NCBI RefSeq assembly: GCF_006345805.1
Contig: NC_043016.1
Location: forward strand, 1,364,001-1,428,000
Direction: 5' to 3'
DNA length: 64,000 bases
Source: Octopus sinensis
Lineage: Eukaryota
Shown here: piece by piece, positions 50,687 through 63,814 of the stretch
Position numbering within the stretch: position 1 is the stretch's first letter
Layout: each line of letters opens with the position of its first letter
Notes under the pieces: model-generated
What the model was told of the DNA's origin: nothing
The model's input: only the letters and a program-made list of their open reading frames with translations
The model's database searches: none
Made by a program: the position numbers and the translations under genes

Positions 50687-51326
50687 CAGGGTCGGTGCTA
50701 GGAGGTGTGGGTTCTATTTTGAGAAATGTCAGTGGGATCCTTTAGTCTACAAAAGCTAGATTGATGTTTTATGATTCGTATCGTACGCCTTTCCCAGCCA
50801 AAATGGTTTGAGGGTTTCAGACTCCACCATTAGCCACAATGATATAATAAATTTTGAAAGCTCATATGAAAGTTTTAATGTTTTATTACAAGTCAAAATA
50901 ATCACTGACTTACAGTTTTGTGAAGAGTTCTTCTAAAAACAGACTTATTTATCTGAGAAGACTTTGAAAATCAATTCAAAGCTAATGGTTTTTATAATGT
51001 CATTTTCTATAGATAACAGTGGCAAATCATTTAGTCTCTCTTGTGAAATTGTTGACCGTAGGTATGTTTTAATAAGTTTTAGGCTTGAAAAGCTTTTTTT
51101 ACCTGATGCATCTGTTACGGGCATTGTTAAGTAAATGCTCAAAGCAATAAAAACATTAAGAAATGTTAGAAACATTAAGAAATGTTAGAAATGCTAGTAA
51201 GAAATGTTAAGAAATAAAAAAACATTAAGAAATTCATCATAGCGTCCTCCGCTCGAACGTGTGCATGGGTCCCTCTCTTGGGTCTCATTTTGACAAGCTT
51301 GCCGAAGTGGCTTAAAACCGGACCTG
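50687..51326 (-). mobile_element. Internally deleted hAT transposon retaining the C-terminal dimerization domain (50945-51175)
   Basis: IALSIYLTMPVTDASGKKSFSSLKLIKTYLRSTISQERLNDL.LLSIE; TIR-like CAGGGTCGG (50687) and CCGGACCTG (ends 51326). Confidence 0.8.
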
Positions 51327-51403
51327 TTCGTCCACACACACACACGGACGCGCGCACACACACGCTCTCTCTCTCTCACATACACACACACATTCTCTCT
51401 CTC

Positions 51404-51436
<33 letters not shown>

Positions 51437-52162
51437 AAGAAACGCAAAACCAGCAAACCACAGAATGTACTTCAGACAATGTAAAACACGAATTTCTATG
51501 TAAACATTTAAGTAGTAAAAATACGTATCTCAAACTGTTAGATCAAACACACAAACATGAGTTGTTCTCGTCGGTTAGCCATGCGTTTAACACGAAGAGC
51601 AATTATAGCACATTGTAATATGAAAAAACAAATAAAAAGAAAACCCCAGAAAAAGCAGCAGTTGCTACCGCTATCATCATATTGATAATTTCAGAAACAT
51701 AGACTGACTACGAAATCTTTATTAATAAAGTAGAAATCTACAATTTAACACTGCACATGCAAAATATACTACGGGGCCAACCGTCCTCCAACACAACTGA
51801 GATGACATCTGATGCAAGTTCACCTTCGATTGCCTAGAGACATCAGTAGACCAACTTGGATTTTGAGAAATGGAAATCAACCGAGTCTTACATGACAAAT
51901 ACAACGGTAAAACTATTAAGTTTAAAACGTAGTATTGTTTTCATCTACAGTCCAACAATGATGAATTCAAATAATGAAAACACGGGAAAAATACATATAT
52001 ACGTATCTGTTGAATGTGTTGAATATAAGTATATGCATTGTTGATAGAAACAAAACTCAATACTTGTGTAAAGTATAGTGATAAAAATTTAATAGAGATT
52101 TAAAATAAATTTTGAGTGTATCTGGGTGAGTGTGTATGCATGTTTATCTTAGTTTTTGTATA

Positions 52163-52550
52163 CTCTCTTTTACTCTTTTACTTGTTTCAGTCATTTGACT
52201 GCGGCCATGCTGGAGCATCGCCGGGACTTATTCTTTGGAAGCCCAGTATTCATTCTATCGGTCTCTTTTGCCGAACCGCTGAGTGACAGGGACGTAAACA
52301 CACCTGCATCGGTTGTCAAGCAATGCTAGGGGAACAAACACAGACACACAAACACATACACACACATACATATATATATATACATATATACGACAGGCTT
52401 CTTTCAGTTTCCGTCTACCAAATCCACTCACAAAGCATTGGTCGGCCCAGGGCTATAGCAGAAGACACTTGCCCAAGATACCACGCAGAGGGACTGAACC
52501 TAGAACCATGTGGTTGGTTAGCAAGCTACTTACCACACAGCCACTCCTGT
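52163..52550 (-). mobile_element. CORE-like SINE
   Basis: High similarity to 7692-8108. Confidence 0.85.
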
Positions 52551-52889
52551 GTACATCTGTGTGTGAATGCAAGTGTATGTATGTGTGCGCGAGTGTTTGT
52601 ATGCGTGTGCCTTTTTGTATGTGTGTGCAAGTGTTTGTATGAGGGGAGTGTGTGTGCATGCGGTCGTTTGCGCGTGTTTTTGTGCGCGCGCATATATATA
52701 CTCTAAACGATGGGACATGATGAGAAATTAAATAAGTACACCAATTCGACGATGATATCGGTTGTTATGTCTAGCGGTTTACCTGTTTCTGGTTGTTTTG
52801 CGCAACCTTAAGAAAGCCTGGTAGAGTATAATAATGTATATACGCATATGTGTTTGTGTGAGTCGGTTACGACTACGATGGTTCCAGTT

Positions 52890-53176
52890 GATCCGACCAA
52901 TGGACCAGCCTGGTTGTGATATTAACGTGAAAGTAGCTGAGCACTCCAGAAACACAGGTACTCTTAACGTAGTTCTCAGGGATATTCAGCATGACACAGA
53001 ACGAGTCAAGGCCGTCCCTTGAATTACAGGTACAAATCATTTTTGACTGGTGAGTGTATTGGAGCAGCGTGAAATAAACTGTCATTAACTAGGACACAAC
53101 GAACCGCCGGGCATCGAACCCGCGACCTTACGATCAGGATTCGAATTTCCTAACTACTAAGCCACACGCCTTCACT
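52890..53176 (-). mobile_element. Degenerate tRNA-derived SINE
   Basis: Head GTGAAGGCGTGTGGCTTAG...GGTTCGATGCC is similar to the head of 48136-48470. Confidence 0.6.
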
Positions 53177-53436
53177 ATGAGTGTATATGTGAGTGTATAT
53201 TGCGTGTATATCTGAGTGTACACTATGATTGTATATGCATGGCTGTGTGCTTGTGAATGTTTTACACATAATGCTGTTTATATGCTATGTATTTGGATAT
53301 ACATATTCATGAAATAAATGCTGTCGATATACAAAACGACCAGACACAATGAAACAAATCATGCATAAAGAATGCCATTACATAATGTATAATATATAAA
53401 CAGAACAAAATATTTACATATATACATACATATACC

Positions 53437-53484
<48 letters not shown>

Positions 53485-54716
53485 TACATACATACATACA
53501 CACACATATATATATATGTATATATATATGCTTAGATACACAAACATACATATACATACATACATATATACGGTATTTACATACATGCATAAATAATTTC
53601 TTTTGTTTGTTAGCCAGTGGCAAACAAAGGATGGGCTATATTTTTTGATCGTTTCACCGTCCACCTAGACAGAGCTATCGACTGCTGACGGGTGTTTTGC
53701 TGTCAGCACTCATGGTTTTGTATTTTACTAGTTTACATATTATATATCTATATATTAGCGACAGAGGCAGTATAAATGCGGAGAGACAATATTTATCCCC
53801 ACTTAAACAAGGATATTATATTAAAACAAACTATACTCTGGTAGTTACCATAATAGAAAATTTCATATTGGCTTTTTGGTACAAAATACACTCTTGTTCA
53901 TTTCATTAGCCAAGAGATAAATCCCCAGGTTAAAATTGAGGCTGGATAATCAACATGGGCAGGGCTGTAGTTTGAACAGGTGGGAGTGATTAAATACCAT
54001 GCCCTTGTATGTGTATGCGTGGGAATAGTCAACGTAGTGTAATATATTTGGATTGTCGGATATCAATGGCTTGGAGTTCATCAACAGGACATTCTTCTGA
54101 AGATAATTTATTCCTGTTGATACATACTGCAGGATGGTAGAGAACGTGTGATACTTCAGGTTTCTAGAGTATGTGCAGTATCGCGCAGAAACGGAGTTGT
54201 CAATGCGAGTGAAGACCAATTACGAGTGAAGATTGTCATTGATACTCCATTTGATATTGGGGAAGTTGTTCCGGTGGTTACTGAATCACAAGGTGAAGTG
54301 GGAAAGGGAGATGGAATTTTCCCTATCCCAGCACTCAACGGGTGTACTGTTTATAACATCGGCTGTTATGCCTGTGTTGTGTCTTGTATCCCATCAGATG
54401 TTGAGAGCGGGGTTGTATAAACAAATCTTTGAATGACAGAATCCTCCTAGATTGCAGGATGTGGAGTAGAGGTTCATATTCCATTGAAAGACGGATGAAC
54501 TAAAAACCAGAGACTGCTGTCGTTGGATATGCGATACCACATCTTTCCAGCAGAGTAGAAACAGCTTCATGTCAATATCTTCTCCAAGCAAGTGGGCCTA
54601 CGAATAACGAAACTAACAGTTGTTACTTCCAGAGCATTAAGTGCTAAGTTGACCAACAGAGGCCTAACATGCAGGTTGTCGAAAATGTAAAGATAGGTTA
54701 TGGGCACCTCACATAT

Positions 54717-54749
<33 letters not shown>

Positions 54750-55384
54750 AATAAAAGGGAATTCTAACCTTGTCTGATTTTCACCTTTTATTTACAATCT
54801 TATAATGATATAGTATAATATAATATAATAAAATAAAATAAAATAAAATAATACAATGTTAAATGTTCATTCTAGTACTTTCATGCATTAAATTATGCAA
54901 TCTTCAGGTTCATGTAGTAGTGGTAACAATCATGCTTCACAATTTTTGACTGTAGCGTGATGGTTAAATCTGTGCCTTAAATACACCTGTGTAGGCTCCA
55001 GATTGCTAAGTTTTGCAAACTGTATTCTGACCAATCAGTGTGTAGCATCACTCAATTACTTAAGTTGATTGGTTTAGGCATCACGCTTTGTTGAAGATGT
55101 CAAGAGTCCTGTATCTTAACCCTGGCCGAGGCAGCAATTGTTGGGCTATTTTAGAAATGTTGTAAATAGCCTTTGTCAGGGATTTTTATATTTCAATTGT
55201 CATCATCATCATTGTCAGCACCTTAATTATTGTTGCTAGTGGTGATGGTGGTGGCAATAGAACTTTTAACCCTAAATAAGATAATTTTCCTGCTATCTTC
55301 ATCTTGATCACCTTTAGTATTGTTGTTGTTGTTAGTGGTCATGGTCGTAGCAGTAGAAGTAGTACCTCTAAGTATTATTATTAT

Positions 55385-55421
<37 letters not shown>

Positions 55422-55655
55422 CATACATACATACATACATACATGCATACATATATAAGCCACAATATATGGATTCAAGTAATCCGGTAGTACTCATTAA
55501 AAATGCTCCTTAATGTATCATTTTACAAAACATATAATGAAACAAGAGAAAACACAAGGTATGTATAACACAGGGTGTGTATAAAGTCATAAATGATAGA
55601 GAAATACTTTAACATGACAAGAAAAAGGAAATGGAATTCACCAGACTATTATTCA

Positions 55656-56400
55656 CTACGGTGATTTCGACCCATCGTACATCGGTGCCTCGCGGCTGAG
55701 ATGCTGTAGGGACAGCTGAGGTGCATTATTCGGTGTGGACGTTTCTCGTCTGGTAACTTTTCAAAAAGTATTTCGGTTTTATTTTCTGTTTATCTTATTT
55801 CGATTTCAAATCGTGTATACGAGTAGCGAACGACAACTACCCAAATATATATATACTAGCAGTATCGCCCGGCGTTGCTCAGGTTTGTAAGGGAAATAAC
55901 TATAAAGCATTTTTAGAGAGTTATAGCCAAAAAATAGCAAAAAAATGGAAAAAAATGATGGTAAATTCTTTTTTAGATTTAAAAAAGGTGGAGTTGCGTC
56001 CCCTAGACAGTTTGTGGTTTGTGTTTCTCATTGTCGACCCCATGTCGAATTTATCGATTTTTTTCAGAACTGGGGGAACTTTTCAAAATTTTCGCTGCGT
56101 TAGTTTTGAATTATGACATTGGGCTATGTGTGTATCAAGTTTCATCAGACTCGGTTGAAAGCCGTGGTCAGGGTGAGGGTACAAGCAAACAGACACACAG
56201 AAACACGCACAGACAAACTGCCGTTTCTATATAGAGAGAGATACATCCTAGTCGAAATAAGCGAAACGGAGATTAAAAACCGAAGTAACTTTTGACAAGT
56301 CACCTGAGGAGACACATTTGCGCAGAATGATGCATCTCAAATATTTGTTGAGCATCACAGCCGCGAGGCAATAGCGCGCGATGAGTAGAAACGATCGTAG
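55656..56400. mobile_element. Old long-TIR (MITE-like) element interrupted by a Helitron
   Basis: ~150-bp diverged inverted arms 55656-55803 and 56251-56400 share TGCCTCGCGGCTG.GATGCT. Confidence 0.55.
55856..56241 (-). mobile_element. Non-autonomous Helitron
   Basis: Minus strand starts TC and ends with a subterminal GC hairpin then CTAG; inserted between A and T. Confidence 0.62.
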
Positions 56401-56700
56401 TAATCAATAAAAGTTCTCGTGAATTCCATTTTGTCTTTCTCTCATGTGTTATGTAGTCGACGAACACAAGGAAATTCCTGAAGTAAATCCATACTGTTGA
56501 CGACATCGAGTACCCAAATACAGTTAACGGCTTTAAACAGCTTACAACAAGATGTATACCCAAATATAAAATTATTACGTACATACACACGCACACACAC
56601 ACACTCACACACACACATATAGGTAAGAATAATATGGCTAGAAGAGACATTATTATTATTAATATAATTATAATTACCACTACTCAAAATGTTTTCAATC

Positions 56701-56777
<77 letters not shown>

Positions 56778-56884
56778 AATGTACATATATAATTATATAT
56801 AGTTCAAATTTACAGACACAAACGATGAAGTCAGATGAGAGGACAAAAAACAATTGTATTGGTTTAATGATATGTAAGTATAGA

Positions 56885-57038
56885 TGGCGCAGGCATGACT
56901 GTGTGGTAAGAAGCTTGCTACCCAGCTGCATAGTTCCGGATACAGTGACACGGCCTGGCACCTTGGCCTTCTACTATAGCCTCGGGTCAACTAAATGCTT
57001 GTGAGTCAATTTGGTAGACGGAAACTGAAAGAAGTATT

Positions 57039-57082
<44 letters not shown>

Positions 57083-57330
57083 TGTGTGTGTGTGCGTGTG
57101 TGTGTGTGTGTGTTATGTGTGTGTGTTTCTGTGGCTGTGTTTATCCTTCCAACACTGCGTGACAATCGGAATTTGTGTATTTACGTCACCGTAACTTGGC
57201 GGTTTGACAAAAGAAAGCGATAGAATAAGTACTTGGTTAACAGAAAAATATGTACTGGGAACGATTTTCTGGACCAAAATCCTTCAAAGCGGTGCCCCAG
57301 CATAACCGCAGGTAAATGACTGAAACAAAC
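56885..57330 (+). mobile_element. CORE-like SINE (diverged)
   Basis: GGCGCAGGCATGACTGTGTGG head, internal (TG)n, family tail. Confidence 0.8.
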
Positions 57331-57408
57331 ATGTGTGTGTACTCACACACACCAGTATATATATGCGTTTCAGTATACTGATATATATATGTGTGTGTGT
57401 TTGTGTGT

Positions 57409-57441
<33 letters not shown>

Positions 57442-57508
57442 GATGGTTCTCTACCATGGCCGAATTCAATAGCTAAAATGTAATAGACAAGTATATATAT
57501 ATATATAT

Positions 57509-57550
<42 letters not shown>

Positions 57551-57623
57551 CAAATACATGTATATGTAGACAAACAGACGCACACATTTACGCGTACATA
57601 GATAATATTTATATATAAATATG

Positions 57624-57744
<121 letters not shown>

Positions 57745-57911
57745 TATCGTGACGTATTTTTGCCATTTCAATATGGCTAACCCCTAAGGGTGGATACTAC
57801 TGTAGTTTTTAGCCCAGGAGGACACGCTCCTCCAGCTGGCCATAGACACACTATCTGTGTCCTGTCAGTATTTGCAAGGGAAGTCATCCTTCCCGTCTTC
57901 AACTTATGATA

Positions 57912-57956
57912 CACACGGACTCGAGTTTCGAGGTATTGACCTCCCGTCAGCGTGTG
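57912..57956 (-). ncRNA. Mirror hammerhead copy with an A9G core substitution
   Basis: CUGACGG instead of CUGACGA; otherwise identical. Confidence 0.75.
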
Positions 57957-58222
57957 ACAATCATAGTTGTCGCCGAGAATTAGATTTCCTTCACAAATAC
58001 TTATACTTTAACAGTAGTTAAACTACAGTAGTATCCACCCTTAGGGGTTAGCCATATTGAAATGGCAAAAATACGTCACGATGTGTTACCGCTACTGTAT
58101 ATAACTCACTTTGATATTTATCATTGTTTGATTTCACTTTTTCATTATCAGCGACAGTGGACGCTGGAAAAAGTATAAGTATTTGTGAAGGAAATCTAAT
58201 TCTCGGCGACAACTATGATTGT

Positions 58223-58267
58223 CACACGCTGACGAGAGGTCAATACCTCGAAACTCGAGTCCGTGTG
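58223..58267 (+). ncRNA. Canonical type I hammerhead ribozyme
   Basis: CACACG-CUGACGA-GAGGU-CAAU-ACCUC-GAAA-CUCGA-GUC|CGUGUG: 6-bp stem I, 5-bp stem II, palindromic stem III ACUCGAGU, GUC cleavage after 58261. Confidence 0.9.
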
Positions 58268-58481
58268 TATCATAAGTTGAAGACGGGAAGGATGACTTCC
58301 CTTTGCAAATACTGACAGGACACAGATAGTGTGTCTATGGCCAGCTGGAGGAGCGTGTCCTCCTGGGGCTAAAAACTACAGTAGTATCCACCCTTAGGGG
58401 TTAGCCATATTGAAATGGCAAAAATACGTCACGATGTGTTACCGCTACTGTATATAACTCACTTTGATATTTATCATTGTT

Positions 58482-58541
<60 letters not shown>

Positions 58542-60734
58542 ACATATATATCTTACAAGCACACACATACAGATATATAAACACTCACATACGCACATGT
58601 ATATAAAGATATTGTCAGAAGAGAGATCTAATTAAAATAGTATACTGAAAACATAGATCTAATTGTGAATCATTTTATTGATGCAAAAGCGATGTTATCA
58701 GTGCAAGAGATTTACTGACCGAAAATAAATAAATAAAGACGGAGAAAGAAATAATGAAAAAGAAAAAAGAAAAATCGACACCAAAAAGAGATCATCAAAT
58801 AAAATAGACAAAATCGAACGTGTAAAAAAGATATTAAAACAAAAACTCCCTTAATGTGAAATGGCAGTGACTGTTCAGTCTAGAATAAATATGCGACAGT
58901 GTTTATCCTGATTGTGTTGCTTTTGAAACAAGGAACATTAATGAAGTTGTAAGCTAGTGCTTGATGTGGGCTATTGAGCCAGGAAAAAAAGCAGAGCTGA
59001 CAGACCAAATAATACTAGAATAAATAAAACCTTATTTACCTATTCTGATAACCTATAACAGCATTGATTTTCAATAAAGTGTCGTTAAGAAGAATTAAAC
59101 TTAAAACAACTACAACAACAAAACCTGAGATAAAGTAGCATAATGATCGTTGATCGACCTGAGTAGCTCCTGAGATTGTTGCCATTGTTGTTGTTGTTTA
59201 TTCCCGAGTTAACTTTGACGACGTGCACCTATTCTGGAATCCGTTACAATCTCATGTTTATTCGGCCATAGTATTCCTGGAACTATATTACCTATTGTAT
59301 TCTTTTTTCTCTTCTTAAAAGTGACAGAGTGTGATTTAAGGGAGATTTGATTTGGGTGCTATTTCTAGCAAATCGATCGACCATGTGACACAGTTTCTAC
59401 TTTAACACTGAAAACTTTCGGTAAACAATCGGTGAATCGATCTTGCGCTGTTTGTGCATAGGATGGCTGTTCTCTTCCACTGTCCTCGATCAATTTCGTG
59501 CCCAGTATTCTTGTAAAGTCTTTTGACACCATAAAGTCCTTCTGAAAGTTTCAGTGCCATGTGACCCAGTATATTTCTCGTTTTCTCCTTCATCCTTTTG
59601 ACGTTCGTCTCAATACTGTTTTATAAATCGCAGGATCTTTTCAGTCGATCGCATCACATGTTCTGTAACACACAGCACTCTTCAAATTTCTTCAATTCTG
59701 ATAAGATTAAGGAGGGAATTTTTCAGAACTTTCTTCAAGAATTTAATCAAAGATCCGAAAATTGATTGTAATTTACACGTTTCATTGTGTCCAGATGTGC
59801 CTCGTCAGGTGACTTGTCAAAAGGTACATTGTTCTTTAATCCTCGCTTTGCTTATTTTCATTAGAATTAATTCTAGTATTTGCCTGTAGCTAGCTTTCGT
59901 GAGTCACCTAGAACAAAGGATGTTATGATGAAATTTTAGTATACGAATCCCTGAACAATTTTGGACTGGGACTGGTTTACTACACGAAGCATATTACCTC
60001 GATCTTCAGTTTTTCAAGAGTAGAGGGCCCCACCGACAATTCTCTAATTGGGCTCCGCACTTCTAAGCACCGGCTCTGCTTATACGTATGTGTGCAAGAA
60101 ACAATCCACATAATCATATATGATATACAGATATACATCAAATGTACGAAACTAAATATGATTGACTAGTTTAAAGAAAGCAGGAATATTGTAACATGTA
60201 CATCCTTGAGTCAATTTTAGATAAATTATTGATTTTTATCCTATCTGAGTCATATAGACAAATAGAGACGGTTTCTCGGTTTTCTTTGAGTATATATTCC
60301 CCGCCTACATGGGACGCTATCCATCACAGAAATACTCAGCATCTAACGGATAACTATGATATATATATGTATATACACACACATACACACACACAAACAT
60401 ACAGAAACATACAAACTCTCACAAACACACATTTATATGTATGCGCGAGAGAGCACACACACACACACTCATATATATATGCACAAACATAGAAACATAC
60501 GCACACTCAGAAACACACACATAGGATACATATATGATACATATATATATTTGCGTATATTTTGAGTTTCATCCGTTTAATTTGTTTGAAGCAGCAAGGA
60601 ATCACTTCCTGATCGGTTGAACCTTCAAAAATAATAGTTAAACATCACTAAAATTACAGCGTGCATTTGAAATAGGAGTAAGAACATTTTGGACAATGTA
60701 GAGGTAAATGCATTGAGCCTGAAAAAAAACCTGC

Positions 60735-61135
60735 AAGAGTATCGACGACTTCGATAGCAGAGCCCTGAGAACCATCGAGAACATCCGAAAGTACCATCAC
60801 GTTTCCAACAAAGAACTGCGTGCGCGCACTCATCAGCCCGCAGCCTACTTACAGTTATCCATCGCATGCGCTAATTCGTACATATTCTCTGTCTCCTAGA
60901 TCTTCTTACCAGGGCTTTACTCTCATTTGACGCAGCAGCTGCGTGACTCAGGAGGCCTCGTGACAGGTCCCGCACCAGATGGCTGGGCGAAATTGGGGCT
61001 CGACGTCACCTTGGGGGATGCAAAGGGATTGGCAAGGGTCCGCCATCAACAGAGGGCACTAGTAGACCTGGTCAGCTCTACGGATGATGACGTCTCTGGT
61101 ACCACAAACCTGGGATGACTCCAGTCCTATCAAGC
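60735..61135 (+). mobile_element. 3' fragment of an RTE-clade LINE
   Basis: DDFDSRALRTIENIRKYHHVSNKELRART; 3' part homologous to 26000-26245. Confidence 0.7.
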
Positions 61136-61439
61136 AAGAGCGTGAAGCAACAAAAGCAGCAAACAAGATGTTTAGTATAGGAAATATCTCTGATCGTAGG
61201 TCCCATGGATGAGAGCTGATATCGAGTTTGACAAAGACATCATCATAAACACCTAAAAATCAACCTCTAAACTGATACAATAGGAACCAGGAATGCCGGC
61301 ACCAGTATCACCATACAATAGTCGATACCTGAGTCTATGTTAACGTGGAAAAGATAAAGAAAAACATGCCCTTCCTTTGTTTGTTACAGGGTAACAAATA
61401 AAAGAAATGATTTATGTATGTATGTAAATACGTACATTG

Positions 61440-61513
<74 letters not shown>

Positions 61514-61547
61514 TATATATATATTATATATATATATATTATATATA

Positions 61548-61610
<63 letters not shown>

Positions 61611-62203
61611 GTTACTATTGTTGTATATATGTATAAAGGTACTTTGGAATGTTTATACATATATAGATGTGAACAATGCATAAACATATATTATGATGTG
61701 ATCGTCCGCGAGTTTCATTGTCTGTTTTGAGTTTGAGTATATATTGCTTATGTAGATATTCTTTCTTTGTATCGATGTTTCTGGATATGCGTTAGATGTA
61801 ATGAATATATTGATCATATTGTCATCACCATTTAATGTATACGGACAGAAAGAGAGAGAATGAGAGAGAGGAAACGTTGTTTTCATAAAGATCTCGAGAT
61901 TGTTGTTCACAAACAGCACTAAAGACCCACCAATTTATACGATTGTTAGTGTAATCAGATTGATTAAATAATTGATTGCACTATTATAATCTGAATTAAC
62001 GATAGCAAAATATTGCATTTTTTTACACATAAACGCGAGCAATGATAAATAAATAGATAGATAGATTGATAGATAGAGAGCATACACAAGTGGATTATAA
62101 ATGCATAAATAATACATTTACACACGTGTGCTCACACACATATACATTTCCATACATGCATGCATACATACATACATACATACATACATACATTCATACA
62201 TAA

Positions 62204-62257
<54 letters not shown>

Positions 62258-62400
62258 AAGACGGTTTTTTTTCTCTATTTTGTTGCACACACGCATTTTT
62301 ACTAATACATACGCGGTGAAGCTACACTTTAGCGTCGTATTTTTACGTTCGCTATTTCCAGTAAATATCGGTACTTTGTTGTGCCATTTATTTACTAATT

Positions 62401-62450
<50 letters not shown>

Positions 62451-62452
<2 letters not shown>

Positions 62453-62595
62453 CGATATAGTGTATATTTAAACACATAGAGAATCCACTTATAGGAATTC
62501 TACGCTTTAGAAAGAACAGCTAAGTTCTATTACCACAAAAAATTGGGGACAAAATTGGACAGGAATAATTTGGAAATGAAAAACATTTACCATCT
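62451..62595 (-). mobile_element. Second, partial copy of the 271-795 element
   Basis: Near-identical to 271-417; also follows (TA)n. Confidence 0.85.
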
Positions 62596-62925
62596 TTTTT
62601 AGCTATAAATCCACTCACAAGGCTTTAATCGGCTTCCGTGTAGTGGGACTAAACCTGCGACTATGTGGTTGGGTAGCAAGTTTCTATATTTCATGAAAAT
62701 TGGCCATAAAGCCCTTACACAGAGGGAACAGCACAAGGTGGGGACAAAAGAAAAAAAAACGAAATGGAATGAATGAAATTATATAATGAAGGATGAAATG
62801 AAGTCGCTCGGCCCCACCTACGGGCGACGTCATTGAACCCTTTGCAACACCATTTGAATTTTCATTTGCAACCAACTTTAGAATATAATTACACATTTAT
62901 AACACCGCGGAATTTTTCGCTCCAC

Positions 62926-63638
62926 TCAAACTTTCAAAAGAGTTTCACACACTAATATATTTTCTTCCATCTTTTCCAGGTTCTCCTCCACAACATGTTC
63001 AAGTCTTTGTTCTCTCCAATTCCTTTGGGGCGTTATGTTGGCCTGCCGGACCACCACCTTTTCCTCCATATCCAGCAGTATGGCAGCCACCAACCAGGCT
63101 ACATTCACTTCTGGTGGTATGTCTTCCACCCGAAACTTGGAAGGCTTCCCAAGGTACATGGGTAGAAGCACCACCTCATCTGTCTTCAACGGTGTGGCCG
63201 AGTACAGTTTAGCAGTTGCTATCTCTTTAAACTGCACCTCCACTGTTCCATATTTTCGTCATCTAACAAGGCATGCTATCTCCTGCCAGACTGACTTCAG
63301 CGCCTTTTCCGCCTGTGCCTCCGACACTACTTCAGTTTTCCTTGTTGCTGTAGCGTAGGTTCTATAGACAATCGTCCTTTCTTCCTTGTCCTTTAATACT
63401 TGGGGGGGGGGGAGAACACTTTCACATCGTCCCCCTCCCTTTCAAGCATTCCCTTGAACTCACTCAACTCTTCTACGTCGATTTCTTCAATTTTTTCTCT
63501 AACCGCCGCTGCATAGTTCCTTTTCTCCATTTCCTTGTCCATCCTGTTTAATTATTCAACTAATTCCTCCTCAGACGAATCACATTCTAGGGAAGAATAA
63601 CTCAACTTCTCCCAACTTATCGCTCGACGCGCTTCCAT
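62926..63638 (-). pseudogene. ORF1 fragment of a divergent Tx1-like LINE family
   Basis: VQF..A..YS..L.TDE..L.P.YLG...WLVAA...NW aligns by eye with VVF..A..FS..L.SDE..L.P.YRG...WLVKA...NW of copy A ORF1; NYAAAVREK vs NFAEAIKEK. Confidence 0.65.
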
Positions 63639-63745
63639 TATATTAGAGGAAGAGCCAAAGACACGTGTGTACCAAACAAATCCAACAATGCAACTGAACA
63701 AACATAAATCGGAAGCAAGCTTCTTACCACACAGCCACTAATCCA

Positions 63746-63814
<69 letters not shown>

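Larger units (their letters stand above)
57746..58481. mobile_element. Retrozyme-like element: 1.3 tandem copies of a 353-nt monomer plus an inverted 264-bp copy, inside (TA)n
   Basis: IR 57746-58009 / 58170-58435; direct repeat 58020-58128 / 58373-58481. Confidence 0.85.

Noticed and set aside
50679-51334. 8-bp TSD for the hAT element
   Set aside because: Flanks CTTATCGA and TTCGTCCA match at only 4 of 8 positions; not claimed.
58393-58405. TTAGGGGTTAG telomere-like word inside the retrozyme-like monomer
   Set aside because: Too short and imperfect to be distinguished from chance.
59402-59593. Possible LINE C-terminal remnant on the minus strand
   Set aside because: Similarity too weak to assign without a search.
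60790-60845. Minus-strand CUGAUGA-GUGCGCGCAC...GAAAC
   Set aside because: The hairpin is not followed by GAAA and the region is antisense of RTE coding sequence; chance match.
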